Positions 47,788-57,173 of a DNA stretch of 64,000 nt are shown here, one piece after another. The first letter of the stretch is position 1. The number at the start of each line of letters is the position of its first letter. The stretch is from contig CAZSHS010000002.1 of assembly GCA_964606665.1 (NCBI GenBank), positions 3,487 through 67,486 on the forward strand, read 5' to 3'. Origin of the DNA: an uncultured Candidatus Obscuribacterales bacterium. GTDB lineage: Bacteria > Cyanobacteriota > Vampirovibrionia > Obscuribacterales > Obscuribacteraceae. The notes under the pieces are model-generated. The model was given only the letters and a program-made list of their open reading frames with translations, was not told the DNA's origin and did no database searches. A program made the translations under genes and the position numbers.

Positions 47788-49490
47788 TTACTGACTTGCA
47801 TACTCTTACTTTCGCCATAACCCACTACACAATTACGCCCTTGCGCTTTTGCTTCAGCTAAGGAGGCATAGGCTGCGTCCACCCATTTTTCTAGAGTCAT
47901 CGAACTGGGATCGAATTTTGCCACTCCAGCCGAGCAAGTGGCATAAAATCCTGAAAAAGAAAGAGTGGAGTGCTGCATTTGCGAGAAGTCGTCTATCAAT
48001 CGACCAGCAAGCATCACTGCTTCTTTTTCACTTATGCCTTCAGCGACAATACCAAATTCGTCACTTTGAATTCGACCAATGATGTCTGATTGCCTAAGGC
48101 GTTTGCGCAGCATCAAAGACATAGCTTGAATAACTTTGTCACCACCTGGAAATCCATGGCGTTCGTTTATCGCTTTCAAGTTATCCAGATCTAAAATTAT
48201 TATTACAGCCTCTCCATTCTTTCTTTTTTGATTAGAGAAAACTTGAGCCATCTGCTCCATAAACGAAGTGTGATTTAACAAGGCTGTAAGCCCGTCTCGA
48301 TAAAGCAAGCTACGCAAATAACGCGAGCGCTCAAGGCGAGAAGCTACACAATTTAAAAGCAATGCTGGTGCAACTGGTTTAATAAGATGGTCATCACCAC
48401 CTGCTCGCGCACTTTCAATGCGAGCATCTAATTGATTCTGGGTGGTGAGAAAAACTATAGGCAGAGTAGCATAGCGCTCGTCTTGCCTGATATAACGAGC
48501 AAGTTCAAAGCCAGTCATGCCAGACAACATAACATCAAGCAACACAAGATCAGGTTGAAACTGAGACATGGCTGCTTCAAATTGTCTAGGATCGGTGCAG
48601 GTTTTAACCTGATAACCAGCCGATTCTAAAAAGGCACGTATGAAAGCTGCTTGGTCTGGATCGTCTTCCACAGACAAAATTTTGGCTGGAGACAATTTTT
48701 TTCTATCAAGCAAATATTTGATTCGTCTGGTCACAGACTTGTAATCGAGTGGCTTTTCATAATAAGAATCGGCACCACAATGCATGGCGCGAACTTTGTC
48801 AATAAATCCGGCTTGCTTACTTGCTATGATTATTGCAGGCTCATCACCTTTAGGCATAGAGCGCACTTGTTCGACAAATTCGTATCCGTTACCATCGGGA
48901 ACGGGCACTGCTAGATTAATTACTGTAGGCATCTGCTTCAAGATTTCTTGCATCGCTTGATTGAGCGTTTTTACACTTTTGACTGTAAGCCCCCACTCAT
49001 CAAAGTTTTGATTGAGGGATTTGAATGTACTTCCATCTTCATCTATAAACAAGGCAGATTCTGTTTGAACAATTTCGCCTGCAGTACTTGGTGCGCTAGC
49101 GTTTGTCGCATCAAGATTTTGAGTAACTCGATTACTTTCCAACTCGCCTGAAGTGAAAAAGACAGTCGAGAGCTCACTTACAAGTGTACGCAATTTTTCG
49201 ATGGTGGTTACATCAATAGTTCGATCTGAGGCAAGCATAGTCTCACAGTAACGCTCTGCTTCCACTCCCAGTATTGAAACTTGTTCAAAACCATACATGG
49301 TGCCAGATCCAGCCATCCAGTGAAAATTGCGACTGAGCTTTCTCAGCAATTCTTTGTCTTGAGGATTTTTGTAAATACCATCGAGCAATTCTAAAATCTC
49401 AGTCAAACGGTCAGACGATCGTTTGATATATTTGACTTTTAGATTGTCGAAAGTATCTTGCCAGGATTTCATCGAAGAGTTTTGCCTCAA
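47784..49490 (-). CDS. Hpt / pseudo-receiver / receiver / degenerate GGDEF signalling protein
   Basis: Hpt-like NFHWMAGSGTMYG. REC1 lacks the phosphoacceptor (VINLAVPVP). REC2 is canonical (VLLDVMLSGMTG, FLTT, IKP). The GGDEF domain has RQSDIIGRIQSDEF. Confidence 0.8.
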   Translation of the reverse strand: MRQNSSMKSWQDTFDNLKVKYIKRSSDRLTEILELLDGIYKNPQDKELLRKLSRNFHWMAGSGTMYGFEQVSILGVEAERYCETMLASDRTIDVTTIEKLRTLVSELSTVFFTSGELESNRVTQNLDATNASAPSTAGEIVQTESALFIDEDGSTFKSLNQNFDEWGLTVKSVKTLNQAMQEILKQMPTVINLAVPVPDGNGYEFVEQVRSMPKGDEPAIIIASKQAGFIDKVRAMHCGADSYYEKPLDYKSVTRRIKYLLDRKKLSPAKILSVEDDPDQAAFIRAFLESAGYQVKTCTDPRQFEAAMSQFQPDLVLLDVMLSGMTGFELARYIRQDERYATLPIVFLTTQNQLDARIESARAGGDDHLIKPVAPALLLNCVASRLERSRYLRSLLYRDGLTALLNHTSFMEQMAQVFSNQKRKNGEAVIIILDLDNLKAINERHGFPGGDKVIQAMSLMLRKRLRQSDIIGRIQSDEFGIVAEGISEKEAVMLAGRLIDDFSQMQHSTLSFSGFYATCSAGVAKFDPSSMTLEKWVDAAYASLAEAKAQGRNCVVGYGESKSMQVSK

Positions 49491-49496
49491 ATTGCC

Positions 49497-49868
49497 TCAG
49501 TTCGAGTTTTTCAAAATTTCTTGAACTTGCGTGGCTAAAGTAGTCGGATCAAAAGGTTTGGTTAAAACTCCTTTTGCCCCCATGCGGCGCAATTTTTCAA
49601 TTTCTGATGTCATTGCTTTGGCAGTCAGAAAAATTACTGGAATGTCTCTTGTAGCATCGTTCTCATGCAAAGCTTCAAGCGTTGCCGGACCATCCATGAA
49701 TGGCATCATCATGTCAAGCAAAATAACGTCAGGCTTGTTTGCCTCAGCCAGTGCTATGCCCTGCTTGCCACTGTCGGCATCAATCACTTCAAAACCACCC
49801 AAGATGGCAAGGCTCATCTTAGCGATTTCGCGTGTATCTTCTTCGTCGTCAATTATTAGGGCGCGCAT
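49497..49868 (-). CDS. Single-domain CheY-like response regulator
   Basis: IIDDEED, ILLDMMMPFMDG, FLTAK and TKPF. Confidence 0.9.
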   Translation of the reverse strand: MRALIIDDEEDTREIAKMSLAILGGFEVIDADSGKQGIALAEANKPDVILLDMMMPFMDGPATLEALHENDATRDIPVIFLTAKAMTSEIEKLRRMGAKGVLTKPFDPTTLATQVQEILKNSN

Positions 49869-49872
49869 TTGT

Positions 49873-50256
49873 TTAGTCCTTTTTGACTTTGGATTGCTCG
49901 AGTATTTCTCTTATTTGGTCTCCGATTGTAATCGGATCGAAAGGTTTGGTCAGAACAGCAAGGGCTCCCAGTTCTTTTAATTCGGCAAATTCCTCGAACA
50001 TGCCTTTGGTGGTTAGAAAAATCACTGGAATGTCCTGAATACTCGGATTTTTCCGCATATTTTTGAGTGTATCTATGCCATTCATTTCAGGCATCATCAA
50101 ATCAAGTAGTATGACATCAGGTTGTTCCTGCTCGGCACGTCTTATGCCCATTGAGCCGCAATTGGCTTCCACCACTTCAGCACCACCTAAAAGACCAAGA
50201 CAACTCGCTGTGATTGTTCTGAAATCTTCTTCATCGTCGATTATTAGGATCTTCAT
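49873..50256 (-). CDS. Single-domain CheY-like response regulator (paralog of 49497-49868)
   Basis: IIDDEED, ILLDLMMPEMNG, FLTTK and TKPF. ATGA overlap with the kinase gene. Confidence 0.9.
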   Translation of the reverse strand: MKILIIDDEEDFRTITASCLGLLGGAEVVEANCGSMGIRRAEQEQPDVILLDLMMPEMNGIDTLKNMRKNPSIQDIPVIFLTTKGMFEEFAELKELGALAVLTKPFDPITIGDQIREILEQSKVKKD

Positions 50257-52553
50257 TGGCTGGCTCCAGAACCCGCTTCAGCCTCTTGAACGTTTACAAC
50301 AAGAGTTGAGTCGGTATGCATTGCTGGTATTTTAAACCAGAATGTACTGCCTTTACCTTCTTCTGAATCAACACCTATATGACCACCGTGCTGCTCGATA
50401 ATGCCTTTACAGATAGCAAGACCAAGACCAGTACCGCCTTTCTTTTTGGAATCAGAAGCTTCTACTTGCTGAAAACGTTGAAAGAGTAATTTCTTAAATG
50501 CCTCAGGCACGCCTCTACCTTTATCTACTACTTTGACTGTGATGAAACCAAATGTCTCTTCGGTAAATACTTCCACAAAACCACCTGGAGGCGAAAACTT
50601 AATTGCGTTCGATAACAGATTAACTAACACTTGGACAATTCTATCGGCGTCAGCATAAACAATTTGGTCAGATCGTCTAATGTCTATTGAAATGTTGTCT
50701 GCCTGAGCAAACGCGGCCACTGCTTGCTCGGATCTATCAAGAATGTCTTGTAGACCGGTATTCACAAATACCATGTCGAGCTTACCTGACTCTAGTTTTT
50801 CAATATCTAAGATGTCATTGATCAGTCCGATTAATCGAAGCGTATTGCGCTCGGCAATTGATACCACCTTTTGTGCTTGCTCAGGAAGGGCACCAAGAGC
50901 GCCTACAGACAAGAGCGTAAGCGAGCCTCGGATGGATGTAAGGGGAGTGCGCAGTTCGTGACTGACTGTTGCAACGAATTCTTTTTTCAAGCGCTCTACT
51001 TCTTTGCGCTCTGAGACATCCACCACGTTTACGATAAAACGCGCACCTTCATGAGTATTTAATTCACTCAAAAGTACTTCAATTGGAAATTCATCACCAC
51101 GCTTGGTGAGACCTTCGTATTCTTTGATTTTGTTTTGTGCTTGATCAGATAGGGTTTGCCAGAATGTATCTGTGTCTTGGATTTTGGCTTCAGAATAAAA
51201 TTTAGAATCAGCAAATAAGCACAATACATGCCTGCCTTCTAATTCAGCAGTAGTAAAGCCAAAAATCTTTTCTGCTTGCGGGTTCATCGACTCGATACGC
51301 CCCGATGAATCAACAATTACTAATCCCACGATCATATGATTCATGATTGAGCGAATACGCGATTCACTAGCTTTAACAGCTTCTTCAGCCGTTTTACGTT
51401 GACTGATATCATGAGCCACGCAAAACATAGCCTTTTCTTTTTCAGACCAGTAAGCAGACCAGCTCACAGTAGTTTCGGTGCCATCTTTTCTGCGTACTCT
51501 GTTTTCGAACTGTAAATCGCCTTCCTGAGCGCGAATGGCTCGAACCGCTTTAATAGTTTCACCGATGTCTTGAGGAGCGATTAATTCGATAAATCTCTTG
51601 CCTACTATTTCCATTTGGGTGTATCCCCAATTTTCAAAGCAGGCAGGGTTTACAGCGACAAATTTTCCATCGGTATCAATAGAACAAATTACATCCACTG
51701 CATTATCAATAACAGCTCGCTCTTTTCTGGTGGCTTCAGTCAAAGCTTCAGCCATACTGTGAAAGACGCTGTCCAGGTGCGAGATTTCGTCGTTGCCACC
51801 AACCAGTGGATTGAGCGGTTGCGATTGAGCCAGTCGATAAGAGTTATCTGTAAGCACGTCTAGTCTGTCTTTGACTGAACGTGCAAAAAACCACAAAAGT
51901 AAAAGAGCTATGACAATATTGGTTATCACACCACCAAAAATAAATACAAGCAAAATGGTGCGAGAACGGCTCTGCTTCTCGGGAGACTCTCGCTCGATTT
52001 TACGCTCAGTTTCGGTTAGTTGTTTTAATTCTTCTTGCAAATTGTCTGCGATATTGCGCATTTCTTTATACATGTGTCTGGCGCGAAAATGCGCAATGTC
52101 CACTCTATTGCTATCAATTGCAGACTTTGTCTGATTGAGCATCTCGACACCATTCATGGTGATTTTTTTGATATTCTCAACCACGTCTTGTTGGCGTGGA
52201 TTTTCACCCACGATAGAGCGCAACTCATCTAAGTCTTCTGGAATTTGTTTCACCACTTTGTTGAATCGCTCATCAAACAAAGCACTCTTGGTGACAGAGT
52301 ATCCAACCAAGGCCACACCGGCATCGTAAATAGATTTGGATAGAGTATTAGATTGAGAAATAATTGCTTTAGATCGAACTTGTTGTTTAATTTCTTGCTC
52401 GGCGCCCTGCACAAGCCCAGTAAGCACACATATAAATATAAGCTCGAAAACGAGAGGGACGAGAACCAGTATGGCGCCTTTATGAACAATCTTCAGGTTA
52501 AGGCGCTGAATCTGGTCAATAATAGAATTCATCGAATTCACTAAAGTCGCCAA
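50253..52553 (-). CDS. Sensor histidine kinase (helical periplasmic sensor / HAMP / 2x PAS / HisKA / HATPase)
   Basis: Two TM helices flank a helical domain of about 150 aa. HAMP follows, then two PAS-like segments, the H-box SHELRTPLTSI, and N/G boxes (NLLSNAIKFS, DKGRGV, GTGLGL). TTG start after AGGGAG. No fused receiver. Confidence 0.9.
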   Translation of the reverse strand: MATLVNSMNSIIDQIQRLNLKIVHKGAILVLVPLVFELIFICVLTGLVQGAEQEIKQQVRSKAIISQSNTLSKSIYDAGVALVGYSVTKSALFDERFNKVVKQIPEDLDELRSIVGENPRQQDVVENIKKITMNGVEMLNQTKSAIDSNRVDIAHFRARHMYKEMRNIADNLQEELKQLTETERKIERESPEKQSRSRTILLVFIFGGVITNIVIALLLLWFFARSVKDRLDVLTDNSYRLAQSQPLNPLVGGNDEISHLDSVFHSMAEALTEATRKERAVIDNAVDVICSIDTDGKFVAVNPACFENWGYTQMEIVGKRFIELIAPQDIGETIKAVRAIRAQEGDLQFENRVRRKDGTETTVSWSAYWSEKEKAMFCVAHDISQRKTAEEAVKASESRIRSIMNHMIVGLVIVDSSGRIESMNPQAEKIFGFTTAELEGRHVLCLFADSKFYSEAKIQDTDTFWQTLSDQAQNKIKEYEGLTKRGDEFPIEVLLSELNTHEGARFIVNVVDVSERKEVERLKKEFVATVSHELRTPLTSIRGSLTLLSVGALGALPEQAQKVVSIAERNTLRLIGLINDILDIEKLESGKLDMVFVNTGLQDILDRSEQAVAAFAQADNISIDIRRSDQIVYADADRIVQVLVNLLSNAIKFSPPGGFVEVFTEETFGFITVKVVDKGRGVPEAFKKLLFQRFQQVEASDSKKKGGTGLGLAICKGIIEQHGGHIGVDSEEGKGSTFWFKIPAMHTDSTLVVNVQEAEAGSGASQ

Positions 52554-52560
52554 TCTCCCT

Positions 52561-53280
52561 TTACTGAGACAAGTCTTTTAAAAATTGTCTGGTGTCATTA
52601 TCCATAAATACTTCTGTTTCGCTTTTGGCAGGCTTATAGCCTTGAGGTCTGTTAAAAAATCCACCAGGCACATTGAATGGTCTACTGTTAAAAGTATCAA
52701 GCGCCAGATGTGGACGCCCATCTCCACCCAGAAACGCAACTCGCACAGGGAAAAATTTGGTAGCAGGAAGTCCATAAGTTTTGGAGAACATATCACTTAA
52801 AGTCGGCGACATCGTTATATCATTGGCTAACCAGCATGCCGCCTGGCGAACAGCAGCAAGTGTTCGTTTGCCCTTAACAGTTGCAGCAGGAGCATTATTT
52901 GTCATCACATATTTAGTGCAATTAAGTCCGGCAATTTTTTCTGTTTTACCCTTTTGCCAGCCACCATTTTGTAGTTGAGCGGCGCCACCTTTGCCCATTT
53001 TGCTAAACTTGTTCTGCCAATCAGCAAGCGAAGTCTCAAAATACATCTTGGTTTCGTCGTTAAACAAAGACACTTTCCAGTCGGGAGCCTGGGTGGTGAA
53101 ACCGATTTTTTGTTTAGGGATATTCCATTTCATGCCTTTGGCGTCTATGTAGACATAAAGGTCACCCATAGAATCGTTGCGTTGAGTGAGCGCCCAGCCC
53201 GATTCGGCCATTGAAGGCGGACAAAAACAAGTAAAAAAGACTGGTAAAAAAAGAAACTGGAGATAAATTAGCCGACGCAT
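52561..53280 (-). CDS. Secreted protein of unknown function
   Basis: 239 aa with an N-terminal signal-like segment (LQFLFLPVFFTCFCPPSMA). Lies 7 nt downstream of the kinase gene start region on the same strand. Confidence 0.55.
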   Translation of the reverse strand: MRRLIYLQFLFLPVFFTCFCPPSMAESGWALTQRNDSMGDLYVYIDAKGMKWNIPKQKIGFTTQAPDWKVSLFNDETKMYFETSLADWQNKFSKMGKGGAAQLQNGGWQKGKTEKIAGLNCTKYVMTNNAPAATVKGKRTLAAVRQAACWLANDITMSPTLSDMFSKTYGLPATKFFPVRVAFLGGDGRPHLALDTFNSRPFNVPGGFFNRPQGYKPAKSETEVFMDNDTRQFLKDLSQ

Positions 53281-53368
53281 GCTTACCCGAGCTATATATA
53301 AGGAAAGACTCCTTTATTTGTTTACCCACCAATTACTTGTTTAACATCCTGAGCGCAGGACCGATAAA

Positions 53369-54226
53369 CTAAAAGAATTGCTTAGAACTTGCCTTAGTTC
53401 TGGGGTCGAGAGCGTCACGAAGACCGTCTCCCAGGAAATTAAACGCAAGCACTGACATAAAAATAAAAATTCCAGGAAAGAATATTAAATGTGGCGTTGT
53501 GCGCAAAGACCTCCAGCCGTCGCTTGCAAGAGTTCCCCAACTACATGCTGGCGGCGACAAGCCAAGACCTATAAAACTGAGCGTAGACTCGGACAAAATA
53601 GCCATTGGTACTGTGAAAGTTACAGCCACAATCACTGGACCAAGTGAATTTGGCAGCATGTGCTTGCAAATAATATCAAGATGGCTCTGCCCTAGTGCAC
53701 GAGCAGCTTCGATAAACTCTTCTTGGTGTAATTGCAAAAACTGTGCTCGGACCAAACGTGCCGTCCCTCGCCAACTGACAAGTCCCAAAGCCAAAAGAAT
53801 GCCAAGAGTGCCACGCCCAATCATGACTCCAATTAATATCATGACGAGCAAATCTGGCAGGGCATACGCCACATCGACTATACGCATCAAGACCGCATCC
53901 ACTTTGCCACGACAATATCCTGCAATTGCACCATATACAGTGCCAATAATGAAGGACATGACCGCTGTAAAAATCCCAATGCCAATAGATAATTGCGATC
54001 CAAAAAAGACACGTGCCAACAAATCGCGCCCCAGCTCATCAGTTCCCATTGGATGCGCTAAGCTTGGCGACTGCAAAGCGTCTTGTGTGGTCTGATCAAA
54101 GGCGTAAGGACTTAAATTTAGTCCTACTGAATTTAAAATGGCAATGATAGAAATAATGACAATGAACACAAGAGACCCGCAGGCCATGGGCATTTTTGAA
54201 AATTGCTTGATAAATTGCTTATTCAT
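53369..54226 (-). CDS. Peptide/nickel ABC transporter permease (OppC/DppC type)
   Basis: BPD-type permease with the N-terminal motif HPMGTDELGRDLLARV. Confidence 0.85.
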   Translation of the reverse strand: MNKQFIKQFSKMPMACGSLVFIVIISIIAILNSVGLNLSPYAFDQTTQDALQSPSLAHPMGTDELGRDLLARVFFGSQLSIGIGIFTAVMSFIIGTVYGAIAGYCRGKVDAVLMRIVDVAYALPDLLVMILIGVMIGRGTLGILLALGLVSWRGTARLVRAQFLQLHQEEFIEAARALGQSHLDIICKHMLPNSLGPVIVAVTFTVPMAILSESTLSFIGLGLSPPACSWGTLASDGWRSLRTTPHLIFFPGIFIFMSVLAFNFLGDGLRDALDPRTKASSKQFF

Positions 54227-55139
54227 AAGAAATTCTGGGGTCTAAAATCATGTATAAAACGTCTACTATTGTGTTTGTAATCACCAGCACCACTGAGAAT
54301 ATAAGCGTGATTCCCATGATTAAGTCATAATCGCGATTCATCACCGCCGTGACAAAAAAGCGTCCCATGCCAGGGATAGCATAAATAATTTCTACTACAA
54401 AAGAGCCTGCAATCATGACTGCGCTGACGGGTCCAAGTAGTGTCACTACAGGAATAAGTGCATTTCGCAAAACATGTTTAATAATGGTGGCAGACTCAGA
54501 CAGTCCCTTAGAGCGGGCGATTCTCACCCAATCTTTTTGTAAAATCTCAAGCACACTTGCTCTAGTTAATCGAGCAATATAAGCCATTGGTTTAAAGGCA
54601 ATTGTAAGTGCTGGCAAAATAGCATGCAAAGGAGACTCCCACAAAGCGGCTGGCAAAATGCGCCCCCAAATGGCAAAAATCAAAATGAGCAGGGCACCGA
54701 CCACGAATAACGGCAAAGACAGCCCCATCGTACTCACAAACATAGCCAGGTGGTCAATATATGTTCCTCGTCTAAGGGCGGCAATCGTACCCAGCGGCAC
54801 TCCCACTAAGACAGCGATTAACAATCCTGCCCCACCCAGTTGAATAGAAACTGGAAAAGCATCTTTAATTATGTCTACAACCGTGCGGTCTACATACTTA
54901 TATGAAACACCAAGATCTCCATGGCACAACCTCTCTAAATAAAGCCAGTACTGCTCTAAAACAGGCTTATCCAGATGATATTTGGCATTTAAATTAGCTA
55001 GAATCTGGGGCGGCAAATTACGTTCTTGATCAAAAGGTCCGCCAGGAACTACACGTATAACCATAAAAGTAAGAGTAGCTATGACGAGCAAAAGCGGAAT
55101 CATGGCAAGCAATCTTTTTACAATTACCCTTAGAAGCAT
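54219..55139 (-). CDS. Peptide/nickel ABC transporter permease (OppB/DppB type)
   Basis: N-terminus LLRVIVKRLLAMIPLLLVIATLTFMVIRVVPGGP, and the EAA-loop region ARSKGLSE. Confidence 0.85.
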   Translation of the reverse strand: MLLRVIVKRLLAMIPLLLVIATLTFMVIRVVPGGPFDQERNLPPQILANLNAKYHLDKPVLEQYWLYLERLCHGDLGVSYKYVDRTVVDIIKDAFPVSIQLGGAGLLIAVLVGVPLGTIAALRRGTYIDHLAMFVSTMGLSLPLFVVGALLILIFAIWGRILPAALWESPLHAILPALTIAFKPMAYIARLTRASVLEILQKDWVRIARSKGLSESATIIKHVLRNALIPVVTLLGPVSAVMIAGSFVVEIIYAIPGMGRFFVTAVMNRDYDLIMGITLIFSVVLVITNTIVDVLYMILDPRISYE

Positions 55140-56755
55140 CAGTTAGATCCCTCTAGATAAGCCGTTCTATAATTTTGAATATCAAGTGCGTTCACATCTA
55201 TTCCATGCACCCATGGCTTATACAAAACACACTGAGTGGCCATGTATAACGGGATTAGAACAGCGTTTTCTCTGCAAAGCAACTTGTCTGCTCGACTGTA
55301 CAAACTTGCTCTTTTTGCATTATCCAGCTCACCGCGGGCAGCCTCGACGCACTGGTCATATTCTTTATTTTTAAAGCCAGTGTAATTATTTCCACTTTCA
55401 GAAGTAAACACACTCATAAAATTATCTGTATCGGGAAAGTCTGCGCTCCACGATGCGCGGATTATATGAGGCGGATGCATTTTTCTTGTAGTCAAATATA
55501 CTTTGAATTCTTGATTAACAAGCTCAATATGCACACCTAGATTTTTCTTCAATTCAGCTTGAATAGCCTCAAGTCCAAGTTTTGTATCCTCGCGACTGAC
55601 ATACAATACTTCTGTTTTGGGGAAATTTTTACCGCCTGGATAGCCAGCCTCTGAAAGTAACCTCTGTGCCTCAATGGGATCAAACTTAAGTCCTGAATCA
55701 GGCTCAAATCCAATAAGTACTGGCGGAACCCAGCTCAACATGGGCGTTTCTTGACGTCGTAATATTTTAGGAAATATTCTTTTGTCTATCGCCATTGCAA
55801 ATGCTTTACGCACACGAACATCATCGAGTGGCGCTTTCTTAGTATTCAAGCCAAGATACTGAGCACGCAAAAGCGCTTGGGTTTTAAAATTAGGATCCTT
55901 TTTACACTGCTCGATATCAGATGTGGTGAAGCTGCGATTGTCTATAAAATCGAGCTGATCGTTTTGATAGAGCGAAAAGGCGGTCGATTGCTCAGGTATC
56001 ATGAACATTTTAATTTTGTCTATTTTAGGTCTACCCAAAAAGAATTTGTCATTTGCCACCAGATCTATTTTGTATTCGTGTTGCCATGAATCAAGCTTGA
56101 AAGCACCATTGGTGACGATGTTAGAGGGCTCGGTCCAGCGCCCGGGATGCGCATCAACAATATCTTTACGCAATGGATATGTAGTTGGTCCAGCAGTCAA
56201 ATAAATAAAATAGGCAGCCGGTTTGTTTAACCTCACTTCAAAAGTAAGGTCGTCTAAAGCCTTTGCTCCAAGCTGATTTAAATCTTTTATTTGTCCTTGA
56301 TTTATTTCTCTAGCATTAGTTACGTCATACAAAAAGTGAGCATAAGCCGCTCCCGTAAGAGGATCTGTCAAGCGCTGCCAGGCATATTCAAAATCTTTGG
56401 CGGTTAATTTTTTTCCGTCTGACCAAAAGATGTCATCTCGCAAATGAAATACATAACGTTTTCCGCCATCCAAAACTTCCCAACTTTTAGCGCACGCCGC
56501 CTGACAAGTGAGCTTTGCTCCATCGGCACTATTTGAGTATTGAGTAAGCCCGCTCATTATGTTTCCTATTACTTCAAAGGAAATCATGTCCACTGACAGA
56601 TGCCAGTCGAGAGTGGGTGGCTCAGTTCCTAAGTTAACTCTCAGTACTCCTGGTTGCCATGGGCTTTGCCTGGTACAGCCAGTGTTAAGCATGTTAAGAA
56701 GGACAAAGCTAATAATTGAGCACAGTAGTAAAAGTCTAGGTTTGGTTTGAAGCAC
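55139..56755 (-). CDS. ABC transporter substrate-binding protein, family 5 (peptide/nickel)
   Basis: 538 aa with a lipoprotein-like N-terminus (LLNMLNTGC) and an SBP_bac_5-like layout. Its stop overlaps the permease start. Confidence 0.85.
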   Translation of the reverse strand: MLQTKPRLLLLCSIISFVLLNMLNTGCTRQSPWQPGVLRVNLGTEPPTLDWHLSVDMISFEVIGNIMSGLTQYSNSADGAKLTCQAACAKSWEVLDGGKRYVFHLRDDIFWSDGKKLTAKDFEYAWQRLTDPLTGAAYAHFLYDVTNAREINQGQIKDLNQLGAKALDDLTFEVRLNKPAAYFIYLTAGPTTYPLRKDIVDAHPGRWTEPSNIVTNGAFKLDSWQHEYKIDLVANDKFFLGRPKIDKIKMFMIPEQSTAFSLYQNDQLDFIDNRSFTTSDIEQCKKDPNFKTQALLRAQYLGLNTKKAPLDDVRVRKAFAMAIDKRIFPKILRRQETPMLSWVPPVLIGFEPDSGLKFDPIEAQRLLSEAGYPGGKNFPKTEVLYVSREDTKLGLEAIQAELKKNLGVHIELVNQEFKVYLTTRKMHPPHIIRASWSADFPDTDNFMSVFTSESGNNYTGFKNKEYDQCVEAARGELDNAKRASLYSRADKLLCRENAVLIPLYMATQCVLYKPWVHGIDVNALDIQNYRTAYLEGSN

Positions 56756-56878
56756 GAAAGTCTTGCTGATGGGGCGATTTTCTACAATTTTGAGTTAAAA
56801 CGCTCGTAAATGGTCTTAACAGTAATTCATCTGCGTATTATAAAAGGTCTCAATTTGTCCAAAGGCGCGCCAATTCGG

Positions 56879-56908
56879 TTGACAGAGCTTTAAAAGGTTA
56901 GATATACT
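56879..56908 (+). promoter_or_regulatory. Candidate sigma-70 promoter upstream of rpmG
   Basis: TTGACA (56879-56884), an 18-nt spacer, then TATACT (56903-56908). Confidence 0.45.
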
Positions 56909-56917
56909 GACTTTTGT

Positions 56918-56941
56918 CGCCTTCGGGAGGCGTTTTTTTTT
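56918..56941 (+). terminator. Intrinsic-terminator-like hairpin plus T9 run inside the predicted rpmG leader
   Basis: CGCCT-tcggg-AGGCG (56918-56932), followed by nine T (56933-56941). A second AT-rich palindrome, GTCTTTTTTTTAAAAAAGAC, lies at 56943-56962. Confidence 0.4.
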
Positions 56942-56986
56942 GGTCTTTTTTTTAAAAAAGACAGAAAGCCACTAGGAGTTGGAAAA

Positions 56987-57154
56987 ATGGCAAAGAAAGA
57001 GGACAGAATCATCATCACATTGGCTTGCGGCACTTGCAAACGTCGCAACTACACTACGATGAAGAACAAAAGAAACGATGCCGACAGACTCGAAATCAAA
57101 AAGTTCTGCAAGTTCTGCCGTCAACACATCGATCACAAAGAAACTAAGAAATAA
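56987..57154 (+). CDS. rpmG: 50S ribosomal protein L33
   Basis: 55-aa ORF, below the ORF-track cutoff: [55 protein letters not shown], with CxxC...CxxC. AGGAG RBS. Lies in the conserved position before tRNA-Trp and secE. Confidence 0.9.
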   Translation: MAKKEDRIIITLACGTCKRRNYTTMKNKRNDADRLEIKKFCKFCRQHIDHKETKK

Positions 57155-57173
57155 CTTGCACATAAACAAAGAA

